Part shown: piece by piece, positions 52,921 through 63,028 of the stretch | How positions within the stretch are numbered: the first letter of the stretch is position 1 | Layout of the letters: every line of letters begins with the position of its first letter | DNA from: an uncultured Clostridia bacterium | Lineage (GTDB): Bacteria; Bacillota; Clostridia; Christensenellales; UBA1242 | Direction: 5' to 3' | DNA: 64,000 nucleotides | Assembly: GCA_949949035.1 (NCBI GenBank) | Contig: CATLHJ010000003.1 | Span: forward strand, 14,065 to 78,064 | Notes under the pieces: generated by a model | Database searches by the model: none | What the model was told of the DNA's origin: nothing | What the model saw: only the letters and a program-made list of their open reading frames with translations | Made by a program: the position numbers and the translations under genes

Positions 52921-55900
52921 ATGCCAAAGAAGCCACTTGTTTCGGTTGTGATTCCCGTTTATAACGCCGAACGAACTATTGCCGAAACTTTAACTTCGGT
53001 TCTCGCCCAAACCTACACCAATCTGGAAATTTTGGTGATTGATGACGCTTCTACCGACCGCAGTCCCGCCATCTTACAAACTTACGCGCAAAAGGACCCA
53101 CGGATTAAACTTCTTACTAACTCCACCAACCAAAAAGTTGCCGCCACCCGTAACCGTGGCATTGCGGCCGCCCAAGGCGAATACTTGGCCTTTTTGGATG
53201 CGGACGACCTTTGGGCCCCCGACAAAATTGCCCGCCAAATTGACTTGATGACCACCCATGATTACCCGTTAACCTTTACGGCAACAGAATTTATTGACGA
53301 CGCGGGGCACCCAACGGGCAAAGTTTTTTCCGTACCCGACCGCGTTGATTACCGACAACTGTTACGACAAAACGTCATTACTTTTTCTTCGGCCTGCGTG
53401 CGTACCGCCATTGCTAAACGGCACCCGTTGCATAACGCTGAATTACACGAAGATTTTATCTTTTGGTTAGAGATACTGCAAACCGATGTCGAGTACGCGT
53501 ACGCCCTGAATGAGCCCTTAACCCAATACCGCTTAACCACGGGTTCCAAATCCCGTAACAAGTGGCAATCGATGCGCATGACATACCGCACTTACCGCGC
53601 CATGCACTTAAATTTTTTCAGCGCGCATTATCATTTAATGTTTTATATCCTGCGGGGCTTAAAAAAGTACCATCACGCCACCACCGCGGTCATGTCCCAA
53701 CCCGTGTCCCCGATCAGCAAGGCCTATCACCGCGTCAAGACTTGTGGCAGCAGTCCGCGCTTTGAACTGGCAAACTACGCGGTTTTAACCATACTCTTGT
53801 TTTTGTCGTGCTTTTTTGCCCCCTTTACTTGGGTAGCCACCGCTTACGCGGTAGTAACGGCGCTGTTTTATAACGAAAATCAATTACTGAAATTGGCGGT
53901 TTATTTGGCGTCATTCAAACTGTGTTTACAAGGCGAACTGGCGGGACACACTTTGAACTTGAAAACTTTGGCCGTATTGGTTTTGCTCTTGTTTATCGCG
54001 TTAAGGTTAGTCGTATCGGTGTTAAGCCAGCGGCGAAAAATTACTTGGCGCGTTTTGGTTCCTGCCGCGCTGTTGGGGGTTTATCTATTGCTTGGTTTCG
54101 TTCGCCACCGCAGTATCACCAATTTGGTTAATTACTTACTGATTATTTTCGTTTTCTACGTGCTTTACGAAGTTAAAGACAAAATCAAAATCGCCGACGC
54201 CGTTAAGTTTTTTTGTCTGGGTTTAATAATGGCGTCGCTGTGTGCGTTGTTTGAACCGCTTTCACCACGGTTACAAGGTCTGCTGCCGCACCTGACTTAT
54301 TACGGCTATCCACGGTTTGCGGGCTTGTTTTCGCACCCTAACAACTGGGCAGTCTTTGGCATTACCGCACTCGGCAGTTTGCTTTATTTGAAAGCGAAAA
54401 ACCAAATTTCCCACCTTGAGTTTTTGGCACTGTATTTACCATTAGTTGCGTTTGGTGTACTTACCGTACAACGCAGTTTCTTATTGGCGTTTTTGATCGG
54501 GTTGGCCCTTTTTGGCGTGTACTACTTAATCCGGTACCGTCAACGCTCACTGGTGCTTTTAGTGAGCGTAGTCATTTTAACCGCAGCGGTCATGGGCATA
54601 TTTTATCAACCAACGGCGGTTTGTTTTGGCCGTCTCGGTCAAGGCGGTAATAACGATTTTAGTGGCGGAGTAGATATTCCGGATTTTTCCAACCCCGACG
54701 TCGAGCCCGGCGACCATGACGACCACCAATTTTGGCAAGACGTTTTGGCGGGCGAAACCCATTATGACCCCGGACGAATTGGTATTTGGCAAATGTATTG
54801 GCACCAAATTACGTCCAGCACCAAACACTTGCTTTTCGGTAACGGCCTGAACGCGCCCATGATTGGTCAAATGCAAGCGCATAATTTGGTGTTACAAATT
54901 ACTTACGAAATTGGTTTGGTGGGCTTGTTGCTGATTGCTCTGTTGGTACTCGCGACTTTGAATTGGCGTCAGATTAAGACCTTTTATTGTCGCCTGCACA
55001 AATTGATTTTCTTGATCCCGGCGGGTTTCATTGCTTTGGTTGAACCGTGTTTAAGTAACTTGACCATTTTTGTTTTCGCCATGTTGGTGTTAACCGATTA
55101 CCCGCTGTTGCTGGCCCCCGTTACCGCACCCCGTAAGCACACACGCCCCAAACCCAAGTCCGCACCTGCGACACCCGTTGTGCCAACCGCTCCCGCTACC
55201 GTTTCGGTCATCGTGCCCATTTACAACGTAGCACGCTATCTGCCGACTTGTTTACACGCTTTAATTAACCAAACTTACCCCCATTTGGAAATTATTTTGG
55301 TCGACGACGGCAGTCCTGACGCTTGCCCACAACTGTGCGACGCGTGGGCGCAAAAAGACCCGCGCGTTAAAGTGCTGCACCAAACGAACGGCGGCTTGTC
55401 GAATGCCCGCAACGCGGGTTTAGCCGTGGCTACCGGACAATACGTTTATTTTTGTGACCCCGACGACTACGTTGACCCCACGCTTATTGAACGCTTGTAC
55501 TACGCGATTCAAGGCCGCGAACTGGCCATTGGCGGTTACCGTATCATCAATAACGACCATGTTGTGGCCGAATATAACCTACAAGAACTGGTGGGGCAAG
55601 ATACCGCCACCATTTTAAGTACTTTAATTCACCGTTGGGACTTTGGTTTGGCGTGGAATAAACTTTACCGACGTGACCTTATTGACCACCCTTTTGACGA
55701 AACCTTTAAAGTGCGGGAAGACCTGTTATTCAACGTCGAGTACTTTGCCAACGTCAAGACCATTGCCATTGTGCCCACCGTGTTGTACAGTTATCTAAAA
55801 CGGGGTGATTCTTTAACCGCGACGGTTAAACACGTCCCTTTTGCGCAACTGGTGCGCGTACACACCAAATTTTTAACCCAATTAACCCAGAAAAATTTAA

Positions 55901-56154
55901 CCACCGTAATTCCACACCAAAATGCGGCTTTCTTAAAAAGTTTAATTTGTCTTTTTAAGCCTTATACTAAACAAAAATTGACAACTGACGCACGTAAAGA
56001 ACTGCTGGCGTGTCTTGACGATTCCGTTACCCAAGCGGCGTTGGCCAACTGCGCGCCCCAAGGTGTCGCCGAAAAATTGTTCATCTATTTACTGCGTAAA
56101 AAACAAATTCGGTTATTGCTTTGGTTAATTAAGGCGGTACGTGCCAATGGTTAA
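52921..56154 (+). CDS. triple-domain protein: GT2 glycosyltransferase, Wzy/O-antigen-ligase-like polytopic domain, second GT2
   Basis: VSVVIPVYNAE..DDASTD..DADD at the N-terminus. More than 10 TM helices with AHNLVLQITYEIGLVGLLL (Wzy_C-like). Pro-rich linker PRKHTRPKPKSAPATPVVPTAP. Second VSVIVPIYNV..VDDGSPD..DPDD domain. Confidence 0.8.
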   Translation: MPKKPLVSVVIPVYNAERTIAETLTSVLAQTYTNLEILVIDDASTDRSPAILQTYAQKDPRIKLLTNSTNQKVAATRNRGIAAAQGEYLAFLDADDLWAPDKIARQIDLMTTHDYPLTFTATEFIDDAGHPTGKVFSVPDRVDYRQLLRQNVITFSSACVRTAIAKRHPLHNAELHEDFIFWLEILQTDVEYAYALNEPLTQYRLTTGSKSRNKWQSMRMTYRTYRAMHLNFFSAHYHLMFYILRGLKKYHHATTAVMSQPVSPISKAYHRVKTCGSSPRFELANYAVLTILLFLSCFFAPFTWVATAYAVVTALFYNENQLLKLAVYLASFKLCLQGELAGHTLNLKTLAVLVLLLFIALRLVVSVLSQRRKITWRVLVPAALLGVYLLLGFVRHRSITNLVNYLLIIFVFYVLYEVKDKIKIADAVKFFCLGLIMASLCALFEPLSPRLQGLLPHLTYYGYPRFAGLFSHPNNWAVFGITALGSLLYLKAKNQISHLEFLALYLPLVAFGVLTVQRSFLLAFLIGLALFGVYYLIRYRQRSLVLLVSVVILTAAVMGIFYQPTAVCFGRLGQGGNNDFSGGVDIPDFSNPDVEPGDHDDHQFWQDVLAGETHYDPGRIGIWQMYWHQITSSTKHLLFGNGLNAPMIGQMQAHNLVLQITYEIGLVGLLLIALLVLATLNWRQIKTFYCRLHKLIFLIPAGFIALVEPCLSNLTIFVFAMLVLTDYPLLLAPVTAPRKHTRPKPKSAPATPVVPTAPATVSVIVPIYNVARYLPTCLHALINQTYPHLEIILVDDGSPDACPQLCDAWAQKDPRVKVLHQTNGGLSNARNAGLAVATGQYVYFCDPDDYVDPTLIERLYYAIQGRELAIGGYRIINNDHVVAEYNLQELVGQDTATILSTLIHRWDFGLAWNKLYRRDLIDHPFDETFKVREDLLFNVEYFANVKTIAIVPTVLYSYLKRGDSLTATVKHVPFAQLVRVHTKFLTQLTQKNLTTVIPHQNAAFLKSLICLFKPYTKQKLTTDARKELLACLDDSVTQAALANCAPQGVAEKLFIYLLRKKQIRLLLWLIKAVRANG

Positions 56155-57118
56155 TCCGCAGCCCAAAGTTTCGGTGATTGTACCGGTGTACCGTGTAGAA
56201 CCGTACTTGGACGCGTGTGTCGGCAGTATCGTTAAGCAAACTTACCCCCATTTGGAAATTATTTTGGTCGACGACGGCAGTCCCGACGCGTGTGGCGCGA
56301 TGTGTGACGCGTGGGCACAAAAAGACCCGCGCGTTAAGGTCATTCACCAAGCGAACGGGGGGCTATCCGCCGCGCGTAACGCGGGGTTGAACGTAGTTAC
56401 GGGGGAGTATCTAATGTTCGTTGACAGCGATGACCGACTGAACGCGCAATCAGTTGCCATATTGGTCAGTGGTATTCTGGAACAATCTGGCGATCTTGCT
56501 GTGTGCTCGTGGCGCAAAATTTACGACATTGACCACCCCGCCGACCGAACCTATACGGTAACCAGCGACCAGTGGCAGTGTTTCACCGACGACGCGGTTT
56601 TTGACTTGCTCTTTAATCATCAGGTACCGTTAATTATGGCGGCTTGGGCTAAACTTTACCGCACCACCATTTTTGAAAAACTGCGCTTTCCCACCACCTA
56701 TACCAACCACGAAGATGAATACCTGATTCATTATGTTTTGGCCAAAGTTAAAAAACTTTGTTTCATCAATTTACCACTTTATGACAACCTGCAACGCAAG
56801 ACCAGTATCACCGGCACCGTCTACACCAAATCGCGTCTGTTACTGGTTAAAGCCCACCGTGACCGTTGGGATTTCTGTCAACAACACCGTCCCCAATTTG
56901 CACAAAAAGCGTTAGGCAAGTACTTGACCACCTTGGCCGTCAGTTATACAAGATTCAAAGCCGTCCACGGTGACCGTGCCATTTTACAACAACTGTTGGA
57001 CGAGTTTCACCGCTGTTATCCGCAGTTACGGAAAAAGTCCCTGTTCGTTAGGTTGTTCCAACTTAACCGACCAGTAGCAGGATTAGTCGTCAAAATTCGG
57101 GACAAAATAAAGGGGTGA
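56147..57118 (+). CDS. GT2-family glycosyltransferase
   Basis: VSVIVPVYRVE, VDDGSPD and DSDD motifs. ATG at 56147 (the ORF-track GTG at 56141 is also possible). Confidence 0.85.
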   Translation: MVNPQPKVSVIVPVYRVEPYLDACVGSIVKQTYPHLEIILVDDGSPDACGAMCDAWAQKDPRVKVIHQANGGLSAARNAGLNVVTGEYLMFVDSDDRLNAQSVAILVSGILEQSGDLAVCSWRKIYDIDHPADRTYTVTSDQWQCFTDDAVFDLLFNHQVPLIMAAWAKLYRTTIFEKLRFPTTYTNHEDEYLIHYVLAKVKKLCFINLPLYDNLQRKTSITGTVYTKSRLLLVKAHRDRWDFCQQHRPQFAQKALGKYLTTLAVSYTRFKAVHGDRAILQQLLDEFHRCYPQLRKKSLFVRLFQLNRPVAGLVVKIRDKIKG

Positions 57119-57120
57119 AA

Positions 57121-58314
57121 ATGCAAGACATTGTTTTTATTTTACCGGCCGGCAGTTTTCCCGTGCCCGCCATTAACGGGGGCGCCATCGAGTCACTGTT
57201 AGAATTGTTAATTAACGAAAACGAACGCCATCAGTCATTTAACTTGCACGTGCTGATGTGTAAGTCGACAACGGACCACACCCGTTATGACTATACGGCT
57301 TACCATAACACCAAATTTTACGACTTTTACCTGAGCCCCCGTTGGTTTAAGTTAAACCGCCTGCTGAACGCGGGGAACAAACGCTTGGGCTACCATTTAC
57401 CATTGTTTTCGCCGTACGACCGTTGGTTAAAACGTCAAATCAAGCAAATTAATCCCGCCTACGTAATTTTTGAAGGTTCTTACACCATCGCGGCGCGGGC
57501 CATCGCCCAAATGGTGGGGCGCGACCACCTGCTTTATCACCTGCATCACCAAATGTTACCCAAACGCGATTTCAGTGCCATGTTCGGTCACTTACTTTGT
57601 GTCAGCGAATTTATTAAACGCGATTGGGCAGAAAACTTCCGCTTTCGTCACCCCGTTAACTTGTTGGTGTGGGCCAACGCCATTGCTACCGCAAAGTTTA
57701 GTCAAGCAATTACGCCCACGGCACGCCAAAATTTACGCACCGGTTTAGGTTTTAACAACACTGATTTCGTTGTGTTGTACGTGGGGCGATTGGTTAAAGG
57801 GAAGGGTGTCGCCGAGTTAATTACCGCTGTTAGACAAATTGACAATCCGCACGTCAAATTACTGGTGGTGGGGGAATCGGTATTCAAAAATTCGCACCCA
57901 ACGGCTTACACCCAGCAATTACAAACGCTGTGCCAAACCCTGCCTGACCGCGTCAAGTTTACGGGCTTTATTGACAATGACCAATTATACCAATACTACG
58001 CCTTGGCCGACGTGCACGTGTTACCTTCGCGGTGGGAAGAAGCCGCGGGGTTAGTGTTACTGGAAAGCCGATGCGTCGGCACGCCACAAATTTTAACCGA
58101 CTCGGGTGGTGCCCCCGAATTTGCCCGCGCCGACGCTATCATCGTTCCCAAAGCAACCAACTTGGTAAATAACCTTGCCACAGCCATTAACCAAGCCTTT
58201 ACCCACCGTGACCAATTAAACTATACACCCGCCCCAATTAACGACGCCAACTACTATTGGCAACGCTTTGCCACCATTATTAACCATTTAACTGACCAAA
58301 GGGTGACGCAATGA
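57121..58314 (+). CDS. GT4-family (GT-B fold) glycosyltransferase
   Basis: VGRLVKGKG and the PSRWEEAAGLVLLES E-x7-E motif. ATG at 57121. Confidence 0.8.
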   Translation: MQDIVFILPAGSFPVPAINGGAIESLLELLINENERHQSFNLHVLMCKSTTDHTRYDYTAYHNTKFYDFYLSPRWFKLNRLLNAGNKRLGYHLPLFSPYDRWLKRQIKQINPAYVIFEGSYTIAARAIAQMVGRDHLLYHLHHQMLPKRDFSAMFGHLLCVSEFIKRDWAENFRFRHPVNLLVWANAIATAKFSQAITPTARQNLRTGLGFNNTDFVVLYVGRLVKGKGVAELITAVRQIDNPHVKLLVVGESVFKNSHPTAYTQQLQTLCQTLPDRVKFTGFIDNDQLYQYYALADVHVLPSRWEEAAGLVLLESRCVGTPQILTDSGGAPEFARADAIIVPKATNLVNNLATAINQAFTHRDQLNYTPAPINDANYYWQRFATIINHLTDQRVTQ

Positions 58315-59270
58315 ACCAAGGTTTAATTTCGGTTATTGTACCAATTTATCAAGTGGCGGAATATCTAGACCGTTGCGTGGCCAGTATCGTCAACCAAACT
58401 TACCCCCACTTGGAAATTATTTTGGTTGATGACGGCAGTCCCGACGCGTGCGGCGCGATGTGTGACGCGTGGGCGCAAAAAGACCCGCGCATTAAAGTTA
58501 TCCATAAACCAAACGGGGGACTGTCCGACGCACGTAACGCGGGGTTGGATCTGGCGACGGGCGAATTTATTGCTTTTGTTGACGGCGACGACTTCGTTCA
58601 TCCGCAATATTTGGCAATACTATGGCAAAATTTACAAGCGACCGACAGCGACTTGTCACTTTGTTCGTATTGTAGCGTAAATGACCAACAACCCTACCAT
58701 CCTGATTTAACCAACAACTATGCAGTTTATGACGGTACCGATGCCATTACTGACCTTTTATTAGTAAAAAAGTACTGCAACACCATTGTGGCGTGGACCA
58801 AGTTGTATCGTCGCCACATTTTCGCGAACGGGTTAAGGTTTGCGGTTGGCAGATTACACGAAGACGAATTTATTGCACACCAAGTGTATGCGGCTTGCCA
58901 AAGAGTTGTACTGTGTTTTGCGCAATTATATCACTACTATCAACGCCCCGCCAGTATCACCCAACAAAAAAAATTTACTGCCCGCAATTTGGACGCTTTT
59001 TACGCCCTAGAAGCACGTTACCAATACTTTGCGACAACCAAATGGCGACAAGTCGCCTTAAATTTAGTCGTTGGTGGCAGTGCCTACGTTTATTGTTTGG
59101 CGCGCCAAAAACACGCCGACCCGCAATACCTTAAATTGTTAAAAAGCAAATTTCGCGAGTATTACCGTTTGCAACAACATAAAAAATGGTCGCATTATTT
59201 ATTTCGGTTTAGTCCGACACTTTATTATTGGTTAACCAAACTTAAAAATTGTCACCGGCCACAACCTTAA
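58311..59270 (+). CDS. GT2-family glycosyltransferase
   Basis: ISVIVPIYQVA, VDDGSPD and DGDD motifs. ATGA overlap with the upstream gene. Confidence 0.85.
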   Translation: MNQGLISVIVPIYQVAEYLDRCVASIVNQTYPHLEIILVDDGSPDACGAMCDAWAQKDPRIKVIHKPNGGLSDARNAGLDLATGEFIAFVDGDDFVHPQYLAILWQNLQATDSDLSLCSYCSVNDQQPYHPDLTNNYAVYDGTDAITDLLLVKKYCNTIVAWTKLYRRHIFANGLRFAVGRLHEDEFIAHQVYAACQRVVLCFAQLYHYYQRPASITQQKKFTARNLDAFYALEARYQYFATTKWRQVALNLVVGGSAYVYCLARQKHADPQYLKLLKSKFREYYRLQQHKKWSHYLFRFSPTLYYWLTKLKNCHRPQP

Positions 59271-60439
59271 TTATCCGGCGTGCAAAGTATTTGCCGACTA
59301 AGCAAATGGTCAACAATGGCTTGGGCCGAACCGTGATTCGGGTAAAGGCCATTAACGGCAAAAATTTGGGCAACAACTTTTTGGTACGCGGTGGCGTCAA
59401 AAGTTTTTACCGCGTTAAGTAGGTCGGGAAAACTTTCGGCGAACGGCAGTCCGCAGTGTTGCAAATCTAAATACAAAATTCTTTCGTTTTTAATGTATTG
59501 TTCGTAATCCGGCGCGAAACAAAAAGCGGGTTTTTGCGTAATGACAAAATCAATTAACATCGATGAATAATCGGAAATTACCACGTCGGCGGCGGCCAAC
59601 ACCAACATTGAGTCGCCTTCCGCCGTCAGGTCGACCGTACCAAACTTGGCTAACTTATCTTTTAACTTAAGGTCGTTAGGGTGTACTCTGGTACAAAAGA
59701 CAAATTCGCCACCAAACTTTTGATTAAGCGCGGCCGTCAGTTGGGCGGGGTCTAAATGCAAGCGGTCGTAAAAACTGCGGTCGTCACGAAACGACGGGGC
59801 GTAAAGAACAATTTTTTTGTCTTGCAAGTTATGTCTGGTTTTCAGTTCATCAATCGCCGACTGGTCGGGGTGAAATAAAATATCTTCGCGTGGTAACCCA
59901 AATTGCCAAATTTCGCCATCGTACCAGTACGAAGTTTTAAGTTGTGCGGTTTTACTGGCACAATTAGACAGCATAAAATCGGTCAATTTACCGTCTTGCT
60001 TGGCCATACGCACGTACCATTTGCCTAAGGTTTGCTCAACGTCCTTTTCCACGCCTTTTAATAACATGCCCCCGTGGTCCGTTTGCAAGTAAAATTGGTT
60101 TTTACGTTTGAACGGCGGTTTCGGGTTACAACGAATGTTATCAATGCGCAACCGCGCCGTGATTAAATGATAATACATCTTAAGCGATTGGTACTTTATT
60201 TTTTTTAGTGGGGCAGGGACCATCATGTTCAAATCTTTAACTACCCAATAGATGGCGTAATGACCTTTTTTTAGTAATTCGTTAACCAAGTATTTGGGGC
60301 TGTCACCGAAACCGTCACCGCGAAAGTTAAAGCAGACAATTTTGTTTTTCTGCACCGGGCACAGGTAGAAAAACGCACAAACCGCCGTGATGTAGATTTT
60401 ATGCATTAAATGACCAATTTTAACCAAAAAATTTTTCAT
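59267..60439 (-). CDS. CDP-glycerol/ribitol glycerophosphotransferase (TagB/TagF family)
   Basis: LYAPSFRDD and VISDYSSMLIDF motifs typical of TagF-type enzymes. Confidence 0.8.
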   Translation of the reverse strand: MKNFLVKIGHLMHKIYITAVCAFFYLCPVQKNKIVCFNFRGDGFGDSPKYLVNELLKKGHYAIYWVVKDLNMMVPAPLKKIKYQSLKMYYHLITARLRIDNIRCNPKPPFKRKNQFYLQTDHGGMLLKGVEKDVEQTLGKWYVRMAKQDGKLTDFMLSNCASKTAQLKTSYWYDGEIWQFGLPREDILFHPDQSAIDELKTRHNLQDKKIVLYAPSFRDDRSFYDRLHLDPAQLTAALNQKFGGEFVFCTRVHPNDLKLKDKLAKFGTVDLTAEGDSMLVLAAADVVISDYSSMLIDFVITQKPAFCFAPDYEQYIKNERILYLDLQHCGLPFAESFPDLLNAVKTFDATAYQKVVAQIFAVNGLYPNHGSAQAIVDHLLSRQILCTPDN

Positions 60440-61320
60440 TGCCTACCACCTTTGGTAATCAATTTTTCGTAAAAGGTGCCGGTTAAGTCCCGTTGTAAAT
60501 TAAATTTGTAGGTTAGTTTATGCACGAAGCACAATTCCTGCAAATATTGGTAAATCTTTGCGTCATACTGGTTAAACAGGTAAACAAACTGTAAAGTGTG
60601 CGGGTTAAGGTTGGAATTAAACGGCGCGTTATATAATAAATCACGGTACGTGCGCATACACATGGTCACAAAAAAATGGAATATAAAGTAATCAACCAGT
60701 TTATTTTCCTTGCGCCAGTATGTGTATAGCAAATCCCGCGCGTGCACCAAGATCGGGTGGTTAGGCACCGCGGAAATAAACCAATTGGACAAGTCACACG
60801 CTTGATCGTTTTTGAAGTCATCACGGAACACAAAAAAGGCACTGTCCGTCACGTATTGGGGAATTTTCCCCGTGCACAGTACTGTTGCGTCCACCCAAGT
60901 ACCGCCGTATTTAATCAATAACTCCAACCGAAGCAAGTCCGAAAAGTGCGTGTTGGAAATAATTCCTTTACGCCATTTATCGATGATAAAGTCGGGGAAA
61001 GACACCAAATCAAACAGGTTGTCTTGGGTGACCAACGTAATGTCTTGGTCAGTCCAGTTTTTTTGCAAGGCGGCATAACAAGCTTGGACTAATTGCGGGG
61101 CGTGGTCCATACCTTGTAACCAACAAACCCAAACCCGCGCCGGTTTCTTGGCGTGCGGGGCCAGTGTGTATTTAGGTTGCAAATTTTTTGCGTATTTTTT
61201 TTCGACTTTTTTGAAGTGTCGTAAACTGCGGTTCAACACGAAAATATCCACGCCTTGCAGACGCATCGGCACGTGTAACTTTAGCCAGTGTTTAATTTTT
61301 TTCCCTAATTGATTCGCCAT
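60436..61320 (-). CDS. capsular polysaccharide synthesis / GT32-like glycosyltransferase
   Basis: FSDLLRLELLIKYGGTWVDATV motif (Caps_synth / Och1-like pattern). ATGA overlap with the downstream TagF-like gene. Confidence 0.65.
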   Translation of the reverse strand: MANQLGKKIKHWLKLHVPMRLQGVDIFVLNRSLRHFKKVEKKYAKNLQPKYTLAPHAKKPARVWVCWLQGMDHAPQLVQACYAALQKNWTDQDITLVTQDNLFDLVSFPDFIIDKWRKGIISNTHFSDLLRLELLIKYGGTWVDATVLCTGKIPQYVTDSAFFVFRDDFKNDQACDLSNWFISAVPNHPILVHARDLLYTYWRKENKLVDYFIFHFFVTMCMRTYRDLLYNAPFNSNLNPHTLQFVYLFNQYDAKIYQYLQELCFVHKLTYKFNLQRDLTGTFYEKLITKGGRQ

Positions 61321-62845
61321 GAGGTTTACTCCTTTGCTTAATTTTTAGTTTGTTAAACCAGTAACGGCTTTCTTTTTCCCAAGCGGTACCGACCAGCAAC
61401 AAAATTAGAGTAGTTACCGCGCAAACAATCGCCTTAACCACAAACCACTTAATACCTGTGCCCGGAATTAAATTGGTTAGGAAATAGACGGCAACACAGA
61501 CGGCCGTAGCAATCAGCGTGTTTACTAACAATTTAACAAAATATTCTTTTTTACTGCGCTTAAAATAAATTTTATAAAGTACTTGGGCTTCCCAGTAATA
61601 ACTGACCACCAAGTAGGCAACAATGGTGGACACCACCACGCCTTCAATGGAACCAAGTGCCGCACTGATAAGTGTTCCCACCAAATTGACTAACGTAATG
61701 CACAAGGGGCGCAATTTGTCTTTGTCCCACGTGCCAATGGCTTCGCGGTACACGCCACACGCGTTACGGGCTAAATTAACGTAAAACAACACGCACAGCA
61801 AAATTACCACACTGAAATTTAGTGGGGCATTGGTTTGGTCCCAAATCACCATAAATGGTTGGTAAAGTGTTAACAAACACGAAGTGCAAAACGCCACGAC
61901 CATGATGCAGGCATAGTGCAAATGCATAAACAAGCGATAATTATTTTCAACCGAATCTTGGTAAATATTATTGCCAATTCCCGCCGTTAGTGATGTAAAA
62001 ATGATCGTAATAAACGACTGGACGGCCGATTGTAAGTAAAGATAGTTATTGTAAACGCCCAAAATGGTGAGACCAAAAAAGGCCGAAATCGCAATGTTGT
62101 CAATGGAACTTTGCATCACCGACCCCACTTTATGACACAGTAACCCGTAAACTTTGGCTTTAATTTCTTTGGCCAACTCTGGCGACACTTTACCGCGTTC
62201 AAAAATTTGGGGGAACGCTTTTTTAGAAATCCAACCAATAATTAAATTGTTCAAAATGGTTGCGATTGGCGTAAAAATAATGTAGACGTAATAATTCGGG
62301 AACACAAACAAAACCAAGACTTGAAAAGCGTAACATAAGCAGTTAGTTGCGGTTTGCACAATGCTTAAAATGTCGTTTCTTTGGTAGGCCGCAAATAATG
62401 AGGAGCGATACGCAAAGAAAAAGTAACCCGCCACGTTATTAAATAAATAAATTGCGTACAATAAGTACAAGTTAATGTCCGCGGGATAACCACCTTTAAT
62501 CAGGTAGGGCAGAAACGGCATCACCGCCAAGCCGCCGGCGACCACCACTAAACCGCAAATCCGGTAAACTTTTTTGTACAGATTCAGTAATGCACATAAC
62601 GTGTCTTGGTCGTCTTCCGCGATTGGTTTGTACATGCTGAACGTAATGGCGGTGCCAAAACCAATTTCCGCAAAATTTAACACGTTAAGAATGGCCGCGA
62701 ATAACGAATTCAATCCTAGATACTGAACTCCCAGTTTATAAATAATAATGGTTTTAATTGCAAACGGAAACAAGATAGCAACCAAGCGATTGACAAAGCC
62801 AAAAACAATATTCTTTACTGTCCTTTTTGTCTTTTCAATGCGCAT
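61292..62845 (-). CDS. Wzx-like polysaccharide/teichoic-acid flippase (MOP superfamily)
   Basis: 517 aa with about 14 TM helices. The N-terminal KNIVFGFVNRLVAILFPF pattern is typical of polysaccharide biosynthesis transporters. Confidence 0.75.
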   Translation of the reverse strand: MRIEKTKRTVKNIVFGFVNRLVAILFPFAIKTIIIYKLGVQYLGLNSLFAAILNVLNFAEIGFGTAITFSMYKPIAEDDQDTLCALLNLYKKVYRICGLVVVAGGLAVMPFLPYLIKGGYPADINLYLLYAIYLFNNVAGYFFFAYRSSLFAAYQRNDILSIVQTATNCLCYAFQVLVLFVFPNYYVYIIFTPIATILNNLIIGWISKKAFPQIFERGKVSPELAKEIKAKVYGLLCHKVGSVMQSSIDNIAISAFFGLTILGVYNNYLYLQSAVQSFITIIFTSLTAGIGNNIYQDSVENNYRLFMHLHYACIMVVAFCTSCLLTLYQPFMVIWDQTNAPLNFSVVILLCVLFYVNLARNACGVYREAIGTWDKDKLRPLCITLVNLVGTLISAALGSIEGVVVSTIVAYLVVSYYWEAQVLYKIYFKRSKKEYFVKLLVNTLIATAVCVAVYFLTNLIPGTGIKWFVVKAIVCAVTTLILLLVGTAWEKESRYWFNKLKIKQRSKPHGESIREKN

Positions 62846-62968
62846 GTTGTCTCCCTTTACTTTATTTTATCTTAATCGTTAATAATCATTACTTGTCGTA
62901 CATTTTTAGTATAAGGCAATCTCCCCGCTTGTCAAGGTAAAGTACCCTTTACCAAACGGCGGTGCATG

Positions 62969-62994
62969 AAAAAAGCCACGCTGGGGGGCGTGAC
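62969..62994 (-). terminator. probable rho-independent terminator downstream of pyk
   Basis: The minus strand reads gtcacgc-ccccca-gcgtggc followed by tttttt. Confidence 0.5.
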
Positions 62995-63028
62995 TTCTTA
63001 ATCAATATAACACTGTTGTTTTAATATT

